A stretch of 33,722 nt of DNA from Macrostomum lignano (lineage: Eukaryota): NCBI GenBank assembly GCA_002269645.1, contig NIVC01004839.1, positions 1-33,722 on the forward strand, read 5' to 3'. Made by a program: the position numbers and the translations under genes. The notes beneath the pieces were generated by a model. It was given only the letters and a program-made list of their open reading frames with translations, was not told the DNA's origin and searched no databases. Each line of letters opens with the position of its first letter. Within the stretch, counting starts at the first letter, position 1. Positions 11,684-21,908 of the stretch are shown here, one piece after another.

Positions 11684-12960
11684 ATGACTACTCTATAGAG
11701 TGCAAATGATCTAAGGAGATACCAGTGGCGGATGCTCTATCTTGTCTCAAGACTAGCACCACATAGCAAGAGCAATTCGACGTCAGCTCTATACAAGAAT
11801 GCATTGTAGCAATACTGATCAACAAGAACTGACTAAGGTGGCAATCCAAGGGTGATAGGGAAACAAGAAAGCTTTTTGGTTTAGTAAAGCATGGTTGGAA
11901 AATACCTATATTGGAAAAACTTCAGCAGTACTACCCATATTGGAACAAGCTGGTGATTGAAGATTGACTACTTTACCAAGGAAGTCGCTTGTTAGTACCA
12001 AGTCAAGAGCGACAAGTGGTTCTACAGCTGCTTCATGATGGTCACATTGGGCCTGACAAGATGAAGTTGATAGCTGGGCAGTGTGTCTGGTGGCCAACAA
12101 TTGATTGCGACATCGTTGAGTTCTATAAGCAATGCTTTTCATGCCAACAAGACAAAGACCACGGCATCACTCAACAGTGGACCTCTTGGCCAGATGAGAC
12201 TGAAAGGTGGGCATGAGTCCATGTTGACTACACCAGACCTCTACCCAGAGGCAACTACCTTCTAGTGATGATAGACGCCTATAGCAAGTGGGCCAAGGTT
12301 CATGTCACCAGGAGTACTTCAAGCACAGAAACAATCAAGCAACTACGGTGGTCATTCACCCAGGAGGGAGTACCAGCGACTATCGTGTCGGACAATGGAC
12401 CTCAGTTCATTTCTGCGGAGATGGAGGGCTGGCTGAAAGGAATTCAGTGCCACCACATGCTTGCCCCTCTATACTACCCAAGATCAAATGGACTGGCTGA
12501 GAGATTTGTGCGCAATTTGAAAAACCATGTAAGAGCTTCTAGTGAGACTGATCTTCAAATGTGCATTGACCAATATCTCTTGCAGTACAGAAATGCGAAG
12601 CACATAACTACGGGAAAATCTCCTGCAGAGTTAATATGTGGTCATTTATTATAGACTCCTGCACTTGCGCTGTCTTGGGAGCCCATGTGGGTGAAGACGT
12701 ACAACAATGAGACAGCAAAATGGAGAGAGGGAGAGATCATTTCCCGCAAAGGCAACATGGTCGTCGACGTAGAGTTTAGTGATAGACGACAATGCCAATG
12801 CCACCTGGAGCAGGTGAAGCCAAGGGTGACGGAGGACCCAACACTGGCAGCAGATGTTTCAGCTCCAATTGACAAAGACCTGGAGCCCCAAGACATTGAA
12901 GCACCAAAGGTTTGACAGAATCAGCAAGCTAGACGAACACCTGACAGACTGGAATACCAA
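11683..12960 (+). pseudogene. RNase H C-terminal remnant plus Gypsy integrase pseudogene
   Basis: YDYSIEC..EIPVADALS (RNase H end). HHCC finger LHDGHIG..KMK..VWWP..C..C. Core VHVD / VSDNGPQF / SNGLAERFV. C-terminal RRxPDRL-type motif. In-frame stops at ancestral Arg codons (12213 TGA, 12652 TAG). Confidence 0.9.
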
Positions 12961-13002
12961 TTTCTAGGTGTACCTACGTAAACTCTATCAACTGTGGAGG
13001 AG

Positions 13003-13249
13003 TGTGAGCTATCGAGCTCTTAGCTATAAATGAATTTACTTTGTGGCTATGTCTATGGTTACAAACTTGTTCTGTTTGATACAGACCAGGACATCGAGAA
13101 GCATAAGCTATGCTAGTAAGCAGTATAAAATAAAAGGTTCCAAACACCTCGCTTAAAGAGCGAGTGAACCTTATAGAAAGTAGCAAGCCAAGGGCTGCTC
13201 ATAAAAGTTGTCTTTGAATATGTTATCATTCTTTGGCCAAAACCTAATA
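13003..13249 (+). repeat. 3' LTR
   Basis: TGTGAGC...CCTAATA; the terminal CA has mutated to TA. Confidence 0.93.
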
Positions 13250-13271
13250 ATTTTGACATTGTAATATATTT

Positions 13272-14200
13272 TACCTATATAACTTTAGCCAACACATTTT
13301 CAAACATTCTTGGACACTTTTTATAGGACTTAAAAATAAAATGTTGCAAAAAGTATCATATAGTTAATTTTTGCCAACATATCTTCTAATACTTAAAATG
13401 TTTCTTAGAGCTAGGTCTATACATGCAGCTCATACTATTCATGTAAGCTTTACGTGAATATATATATTTTTTTTTGTTAAGGTACTGTAGCAGATCATTT
13501 GTATTACATGTCATTTAATTGTATCAATTGATATATACATATGTATATGTAGGAGCTATCATTTTATTTTGACTACATATAGGGCCTATACAGTATGTAT
13601 TATATATGAAAGTCATGTTCAGTGTTAAATGTAGTAATTTGTATTTTGTATTAATTTGACTACAATAAATCTTCTATCTAAATAAACTAAATCTCTAAGG
13701 TTTATATGTTTGTCTATAACACTCTAGAGATTGCAATTCTTGACTAATTTTGATCGTGTTTTTGCTAATCCTATATCCTAAAAATGAGTTGTCTGTATGT
13801 ATGTATATAGGTATGCGATTGATTAGAAAAAAAACAGCTCTATATATTTTAAGAGAAAATATATAACATACTATATGTAGTAAAAAAATGCCAACTCCTA
13901 TATTTACATATGTTATCAATTAATGCAATTAAATGATGTGCAATACAAATGAAATACTATAGGCTGCTGCAGTATCTTAATAAACATACATGGTCAAACT
14001 TATAATTACATAAATAGTATAACTATATGTATATGACCTAGCTCTAAATGACATTTAAGTGTTAGATTTGTTAGCAAAATTTAACTATACAACACTTTTT
14101 CAGATACTTTTTGCAATATTAATTTTAAGTGTTGGCAATATTGGAAACACTAAATATTGGAAGATATATTTAAAAATGTATTGGCAAAAATTATATAGGT
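13272..14200. mobile_element. Degenerate foldback / long-TIR element with ~340-bp arms (13272-13610, 13855-14200)
   Basis: Hand alignment of inverted segments. TTAGAGCTAGGTC (13406) pairs with GACCTAGCTCTAA (14035); GATACTTTTTGCAA (14103) pairs with TTGCAAAAAGTATC (13344); TCATTTGTATT (13495) pairs with AATACAAATGA (13942). Confidence 0.7.
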
Positions 14201-14685
14201 CTAGATTTGTATATATTTTTTGTATGAAAGTTTTGTCACATAATCATATTTTTAGTGCAGATTTTCTATCATGGAGTCTATTGCACCATTTGCCAAAATG
14301 TCAAACAAAGATGTCTAAGCCCTAGGCTTTAAGTATTACTTGCATAGCCTGTGTGGAAAGCCTCTTTCTATTCTTTATTTGTACACAAAGATCTAACTAA
14401 CCATGCCATTCTAAAATCCACATGTTTCTAAGAAAAACATTTTGTTTCAATAATCATATTTCTCAAAATATTTTTGCTATTTTTTTTTAAATGAACTGAA
14501 ATTTTAGTATAAATGGATGCAAATTTAGGGCAAGGAGAAGCATGCTCTTGTTTGAGCTTCAAATCAACTTTCAACCTTAATGGTTGGTTGAGAAATCTAT
14601 TAAGTAAGTTCCAATAAATTATTGACAAGTGTTGCTTGAGTTAATTCATTTTCTAATATAGTGAAGTAAAAAGAAGCATATACTA

Positions 14686-16248
14686 CGAGGGGTGTTGCAA
14701 AAGTTTTTGGACTAGTATTCACTAAAGCACTATGTCTTATTAGATTTGGATGAGCTTTCATCCATAAACTATTTGGTTATTAATAAGTGCCAGGCTAAAA
14801 TTTTGCATGACTAGGACAAACATAGCCTACATTAGAGCCAAGTTAAGCGTGAGGGTCTATGTTATTTCACACAATTTCACTCGGAGAATGAGCCAACCAA
14901 AAAACCATTAAGATTTTGGTTCGAAAGAAAGTCAATGTCACTTCATTATGGCATGTCAGCACATGGGTAAGACACCAATGCAGACTATTAACAAAGTTTG
15001 CACTGCTTTTGGTGATCATGTGTTGGGTCGCACACAAGTGTTTGCCTACCACCAACTTGCTGTTGATGTTCAAACAAGCGTCATGGATGCTGCTTGCTCT
15101 GGCCATCTATATTCTAGCACAGATGACAACAATGCGGCTGCTGTGCTCCAATATTTGGAGGCAAACCCATCTGTATGTGTGCATGAAATGGAAAGTGTGT
15201 GTGGCATTCACTACTTGTCTAAGATGCATTCTCCAACGCCATGGCTGGTCGAAGATTTGTGCTAAGTGGGTGCCACGAGAGCTGACAAAAGAACAAAAAA
15301 AACTTGGGTACGATGTTTGGTAGACAACTGGGCTGTATGGAATGAGCTTGGTGATGAGAAGTTCAAGGAGCTTGTAATCACAATGGACAAGATGCCACTG
15401 TCAATGTTTAATCCACTGACAAAGCAGCAGTCAATTCAGGGGGCCAAAGGGATAGCACCCACACACAAAGGCCATGAAGTTGGCCTGGACACAGAATATC
15501 ATGTGCACAGTGTGGTTCAATGTGTGAGGTGTGCTACTCATCGACTACCTGCTGCAAGGCCAGACAATCAATGCCGACTATGTGATTAACCAGCTCAAGC
15601 AACTGCATGCTGTCATTCTATCTAAGCACGGAATCATGCATTAGAAGCCGTTTATCCTTTGGAACAATGTGCATCTGCATGCCGCTGCTCACACTTACAC
15701 CAAGGTGGAAGAGCTGGGCTTTTGTTAGCTAAGTCACCCAGTGTCCCAGCCTATAGCCCTGACCTAGCAATTGCTGACTTCCATCTTTTCAGTCCAATGA
15801 AGTTGCCAATGCGTGGGCAAGTTTTCACATGTTAGGTCATTGATGCCACTAACGCATTGCTGCACTAGCTGGACTCCAGCTTCTGGAAGGCTAGGTTTAA
15901 AAATCTGATTGAATGCTGTCAGAAGTGTATAGCATTTAATGGTGAATATGTGGAGCACAACAGTGCCAGGCCAGACAGAAAGAATGACATCAGTGACAGT
16001 GATAGTGATTGGTAGAGATTGATGGCAGCTAGAACTTTGGTATAGTGATTTATGGTGAAGGGACACTGATTGATTGAAACGTGTTTTTAATTGTTGCTTT
16101 TTGTTCCGCTTGACACTAATAAAACATAATAATGTGCTCCCTTACTGTTTTTGACCAATTGTTTTAGATTACCTAGAAATTTCCCTTGTTATCATTGCAT
16201 TGAGAAATTTGCCTATAGGAAATCTAGAAACTTTTGCAATACCCCTTG
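14686..16248 (+). mobile_element. Decayed mariner element 2, ~1.56 kb
   Basis: TA|CGAGGGGTGTTGCAAAAGTTT at 14684 and AAACTTTTGCAATACCCCTTG at 16228-16248. Transposase remnants: GKTPMQT..FGDHVLGRTQVF, KICAKWVPRELT, ITMD, PYSPDLAIADF, CIAFNGEYVE. Confidence 0.92.
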
Positions 16249-16311
16249 TGTCTATACTATTGAGTAGTAGGAATTTGAAGTACTTAGGAATACTCAGACC
16301 TATAGTATAGG

Positions 16312-16866
16312 CCATAGTCAGGAAGGTGTCCTATACATGCATTTACATTAGATAAATTTTGGCGTACATTATTGGCGTGCAAATTTTGGTATGCCAAAAT
16401 GATTGGCGTACCTATTGGATAGCAACCTTGTATGCCGTACAAAGGGTTATTGTTCAAATTGCTTTGTTGTGTCGTGATAATACAATACTGAAATATACGT
16501 GAACTCAAAAAAATGATATTAAAAATCTTTTTTAGTTATCATACTTTTTTAGAATTTTATGCTCAAGGGGAAATTTATTTATAAAATAAATTTGCAAATA
16601 TAATCTAAAATCCCCTCGCTTTTAGTTTTAATTAGTACAATTTTTACTTTGTTTATTAACACTCATTTTCCGCTACAGTTTAAAAAAAATATTAATCGTA
16701 ATTTTTTAATAGCGATTTATTACCAAATGCTACAAATATACAAAAACAATTTGGTGTACCTGTAGAGTTTGGAAAATCGAGTTCCAAAAGATCGGCGTAC
16801 ATTAGCCTGCACATGAAGCCTTTCGGCGTACATTCCAGGGTGTATGAGACACCTTCCTGACTATGG
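16312..16866. mobile_element. 555-bp MITE with 25-bp TIRs and an 8-bp TSD (hAT- or P-like; superfamily unresolved)
   Basis: CCATAGTCAGGAAGGTGTC at 16312 and its exact reverse complement ending at 16866. TSD AGTATAGG at 16304-16311 and 16867-16874. Subterminal GGCGTAC repeats near both ends. Confidence 0.9.
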
Positions 16867-18099
16867 AGTATAGGCCTACTAGGGCCTAGGAACTTTTCTC
16901 AGACTTATTCTAGGGAAATAAATTCATAATAGAATAGTCTTGATAGCAGCAATAAAACATTTAATATAGGCCTTAGAGAAGTTAAGCCCTGTAACAACTT
17001 GGTGACATCTGTGGAATCCTTCATAAAGAAAGAACATTGCCCCTTTCACACCTACACACCTATACTGAGTTCTGAGTACTGATTAGGCCCTATAGCATTA
17101 GACCTAGCTAGGGCCTAGGGGGCCTAGTGAGGTCTGAATGAAATAATTTCATAGGAACATCTAAAAAAGAATATGTTTAGTCTGTTTATGACTAAAAGGC
17201 TGGCTTCGACCTAGTGACAAAAATGGTGGCACAGCAATAATTCACCGAATTGTCGAAGATCGTGCCATGCCAAGATAAGTACTATCTAGCAAACTAGCAT
17301 GTCTACTCTAGCAGGTCTTAGCAAGACATAGCATAGGCGTCATATGACCATATCCAATTATCCATACTATTTGGTGTTTTCATTCATAGATGTTAGATAT
17401 TGATAATAATAATATTTTATTGCCGGTCAGATTATGTAAAATAGGCCTTTCATTCAATTAAAAATTGACTGCTTTGCACTATGTCAGTAAAACTATGCTT
17501 ATAACGCTAGTTTATAAAAAACATAACAGTTGATAAAGTTTAAGTTTTTGCTTTCATTTAATTAATACTTCCCATTTATGGTTTAGTTTTTAGCAGTTCT
17601 AGTAAGCAGACCCGTGTTGCCAAGACTTGGTTGTATCCACGTGTAAATCCGTGTGTTCCCCAAGATTCAGCCGTTTCCCCCCAGTAGACAACAGGTAGAA
17701 ATTGAAATAGTTACAGAGAATTTCTTTTTACAGTTAAAAAAAAACTCTACCTAAGGACGACTCTCAACAAGTTAAGTTTAAGCTCGAAATTCAAACGATT
17801 TGCATTTGAGTAAACTACTGTTCGATAGTCAAGCCCATCACATCATTTTCGTTACACCTAAAAAACGGCTATTATTGGGCAAATAAGCCATTTACAGAGA
17901 CTTGAATCCCAACTCGACTGCAAATATAATACAAATACAAGTTAATTATACATGTAGCAAAAGCAAAATCGGCTCTGAAACTCAAAGATGATCGAATTAC
18001 ATGTACACGCATTTATGCGTGTGGCAGTTTATCTCCCTTAAGCTTTTTCCCGCCTGTTAAATCATCCCGCATTTTAAAATAATTTTCTCCGCTGCGCCC

Positions 18100-19007
18100 C
18101 ACCCCAAAGTCTCGTCCAGTCACAGCGCGGCTGACAGCTGACCGACGGGTGACGGGTGATGCCACAGCGAAAAGCGCTTGAGCGACGTGCTTGGCTACGC
18201 CGACGACCTTGCCCGATCCTGTCCTCGTCCGTTGAAGGCGCCCAGCGCCAGATCGACAGACTGGTCGAGATGGCATCGAGCGTCGGTCTGGTTGTCAATA
18301 CACTACGCTGAAGATCGAGCTGTGCTGCAGACTGTGCCGGCCGAAATCCCAGCGGACCTGATGTACGGCGGCGCAGAGTGGCAGACGACCAAGCTCGCAC
18401 GCTGCCAGCGGTTCAACTACCCGGCAGTCTAGTGCCCCACGTGAAGAGGACCTCCGGCGGCGTAGAGGACTTGCCTGGATGGTCCTCATTCGATCCGAGC
18501 TAGCCGTCCTCCAGTCTGAAGCGCTGCCCGATCAACAGAAGGCTCGGCTGTGCCAGGCGGTGGTCGCAACCGTCCTGCTCTATAACGACGAGACGTGGAC
18601 GCTGACGGCTACGCTGGAGCGGCAGCTGGACTCGACGCACTCAGGGCCGCTCCGTGCACCCTTTCGAGCTGACGAAAGCGTCGGGACCGAGGCCCTGTAC
18701 GATCGGGCCAAGCTGCAGCGCCCGTCCATTATCCTGCACCGGTGGCGACTTTAACTGGCGGGCCACGTGATCCGGGCCGAGAGCTACTGCCCCCTAACCT
18801 TTTCAGGATGTCCTGCTACTCACCTTGCAGGGTCCGTTCAGGCGGGGTCAGGCCCGAACCCATCGATACGTGGACTGGCTGCTGTGCGACGCGGGGGCAC
18901 CCGACACTGCCAACGGGGTGGACTTCGTCCGCTCTCAGGCTCAGCGGCGCGCCATCTGACGCGCCCTGCTCTGTGACCCTTGCACGCGGGGATGGGTATT
19001 TTGTTGT
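18100..19007 (+). mobile_element. 5'-truncated RTE-clade LINE (RT C-terminal half, frameshifted)
   Basis: LGYADDLA, QRFNY(L)GS, VLLYNDETWTLT..LERQLD, LAGHVIR, ending in a (TTG)n tail at ~19000. Confidence 0.85.
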
Positions 19008-19560
19008 TGTTGGTAGCGGAGGTCAAGGACAAGTGACGGCCTTCAATATCACGCATCACACTCACGTGATCGCGTGACGCGTGACATCAGGGCTATAAAT
19101 AAGAGCTGTTTTGAGCCCTGAGCGGCTACCGTTTTCCGCGTTCCCTTTCCCGCCCGTTTCCTTACGGACCCTTCAGAGCTGCAACAACCGTTCGGAGCCC
19201 CTCCTCCCTTTTCGGCGCTGAGCTGTAACTTCCCTTGGCTTTGACCTCCTGACGTGTCTCGTCTGGACTGATCGTCCGTGACTGCAACCGCCGCCGTGAC
19301 TATCCGACGACCACCGTGCCAAGCAGCCCTGCACGTCGGTCGCGTCTGTAAGGTATTTCTTTCTCTGTTGCGCTGGCCTTGGGTATAGTCAGCCCCGTCT
19401 CCCCCCGGCCCTTGATCATCATATCCTTGTTTTCCAATCTTAACTTATTAATTCCGTTTTAATAATTAACCGAGAGGTTAAGACCAGGTTTAGGGCCAGT
19501 ATTTCAGGGCATTAGCTATATTCAACTCGTTTGTTTCTGTCTGTTTACGTATTTACCATA
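19008..19560 (+). mobile_element. Probable solo LTR (553 bp) inserted in the LINE (TTG)n tail
   Basis: Starts TGTTGGTA and ends TACCATA (TG...TA, short imperfect terminal inversion). Flanked by GTTGT on both sides; internal TATAAATA at 19094. The TSD lies in a microsatellite, so it is weak evidence. Confidence 0.5.
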
Positions 19561-19873
19561 GTTGTGGTATGAAATGTGAGTAGTGAGTGCGCGTGTCGCA
19601 GGGCATGGAATAGGCACCACGTCCCCTTAGGATGTGCCCCACGAGAGAGCCCTGGGATCTGCACTTCCCCATCCCCCATGCTGCATCGAACCCATCTAGG
19701 AGGAAAGACATTAAGATGGTGTTATCTACTGCATGTCAAATTATGCTACGAGCGTGATGTATTGGTGATACTAGTAATAATAATAATACGAGCGTATTAG
19801 TATTAATATTAATATTAATAAGCTAATAATAATTGATTACACCTATTCTAAAAAAACAGATGTGCAACCGACA

Positions 19874-20114
19874 CTGAAGGCTGAAGGCTGCAGTTACGGC
19901 TGTTCAGTCCAAGGACTGTGGGGTCGCCACACACACCCTCAGTTACCCGAGCTAATGCTGGCACCCGTGCATTTTACAGCTGGATGAACTGAAGCAATAC
20001 AGAGTTAAGTGTCTTGCTCAAGGACACAAATTGTTCCGAGTGGGTCAAAAATAGAACCCCCGACCTTACAGTCGTATAAACCCGACGCTCTAACCACTAG
20101 GCTACAAACCTCTA
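19874..20114 (-). mobile_element. tRNA-derived CORE-like SINE, copy 2
   Basis: The reverse complement aligns end to end with 3033-3263 (TAGCCTAGTGGTTAGAGCGTCGG...CCTTGAGCAAGACACTTAA...CAGTCCTTGGA...GCAGCCTTCAG). Tandem CCTTCAG 3' tail; the B-box is degraded. Confidence 0.85.
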
Positions 20115-21096
20115 AAATTAAAATAAAAAACGTTCATAGCATTTTTAAACATGTTCGAAATACATATATACTTAATCAGCTAGCAAATGTACAAAGCTTG
20201 ATCATCATTCTCTGATACGTGAAGCAAAACAAACAAAGATTTACTGCGCTGCGTGCATCGCACGGATAGGAAGGGCCGAACGATTTCACCGTTATTTATG
20301 CTTCTGAACACTAAGAAAATCTGAGAAACTCCGCGGCAAACCTCGAGACCCCTGCAAATTTCCGGCCTGCAGGGCAGCACTGCAACGGAAGCTACACCAG
20401 CTTAATTTTGCTGCGGGAATCAAAAACAAGTGTATGGTACTTGTCCGTAGGAGGACCGATTTCCCAAAGGAGTTCTCACGTCGCAGCTTTTCCCCAACTG
20501 GCTTTCCGTGCTTTCTCTGTAGGTGCTGCGGCGCCAGCTGATTCGCAGAAAGTCGCGCGCTGTGAAATTAATCAGACGTTTGCCTCTTCCGTTCTGAACT
20601 GTCACTCGGATATTGCATTGAGGATATATTTCGGCTTGTTAGCATTCAGAATTTCGCTCTGTGCTTGAGTTGTTTGCGCACTTTGTCAATGAGATTGCTC
20701 TTTACTCTTTACGCTCATATAGCTATAGGTGGTGCAAAGTGGATTTCTAGAAAGAGAGATGAGGTTTTCTATCGCAATCGTTCCATAAAGAATCACTAAA
20801 TTTTATTTGACCAAAGTGCGCTTATAAAGGTCACACTGCACTACTCCGAATCTCTGGAGCTGGTATATATCTGCACTTACTTATACGGCACATCGGCTTA
20901 AAAGTCTGTGACCAGCGTTCAGCGTTCAATAATATTTGACGTACTCATATGGACTGTTCCTATTACTATGGCTGTAACTAGAAACATAAGCTTGTGCAGT
21001 ACGTGTCTTGGCTTACTTCTTGACTTCACCGACTGTTTAATTTCAGACAGGTTGACGCTAATCTCGGCTCTGTTTTCGAACACAGGATCCTGGCCG

Positions 21097-21908
21097 GGAT
21101 TCTGCACGTTCCGATGTGTCACACTCCAAGGGACCCTGAACGTTCCGATGTGCCACACTCTAAGGGATCCTGTACGATCCGATGTGCCACGCTCCAAAGG
21201 ATCCTGCACGTTCCGATGTGCCACACTCAAAAGTATCCTGCACGTTCCGATGTGCCACACTCAAAAGGATCCTGCACGTTCCGATGTGCCACACTCGAAG
21301 GGATCCTGAACGTTCCGATGTGCCACACTCTAAGGGATCCTGTACGATCCGATGTGCCACGCTCCAAAGGATCCTGCACGTTCCGATGTGCCACACTCAA
21401 AAGGATCCTGCACGTTCCGACGTGCCACACTCCAAAGGATCCTGCACGTTCCGATGTGCCACACTCCAAGGGATCCAGTACGATCCGATGACTGCCACAC
21501 TCCAAGGGATCCAGTACGATCGGATGTGCCACACTCGAAGGGATCCTTCCTGCACGTTCCGATATCTGCACGATCCGATGTGTCACACTCCAAGGGATCC
21601 TGAACGTTCCGATATGTCACACTCCAAGAGATCCTGAACGTTCCGATGCACGTTCCGATGTGCCACACTCCAAGGGATCTTGCACGTTCCGATGCACGTT
21701 CCGATGTGCCACACTCCAAGGGATCCTGCACGTTCCGATGCACGTTCCGATGTGCCACACTCCAAGGGATCCTGTACGATCCAGTGTGCCACACTCCAAG
21801 GGATCCTGTACGATCCAGTGTGTCACACTCCAAGGGATCCTGTACGATCCAATGTGCCACACTCCAAGGGATTCTGAACGTTTTGACGTGCCACACTCCA
21901 AGGGCCCT
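21097..21908. repeat. 34-bp minisatellite, ~24 copies
   Basis: Unit GGATCCTGCACGTTCCGATGTGCCACACTCCAAG (BamHI site in most units). Confidence 0.96.

Larger units (their letters stand above)
11418..13249 (+). mobile_element. Internally deleted Ty3/Gypsy (Mag-like) LTR retrotransposon, 1832 bp
   Basis: Two 247-bp LTRs, a 5-bp TSD ATTTT (11413-11417, 13250-13254), a PBS at 11666 and a purine tract GGAGGAG before the 3' LTR. The internal region holds the RNase H tail followed by integrase. Confidence 0.93.

Noticed and set aside
17596-17635. Reverse-oriented Helitron 3' end (CTAGTAAGCAGACCCGTG plus CCAAG-A-CTTGG hairpin)
   Set aside because: Target base mismatched, hairpin weak, and no matching 5' end found.
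20420-20605. Possible upstream exon or BED-finger fragment (QHLQRKH) on the minus strand
   Set aside because: No upstream Cys pair in frame, a stop immediately upstream, and weak splice sites.
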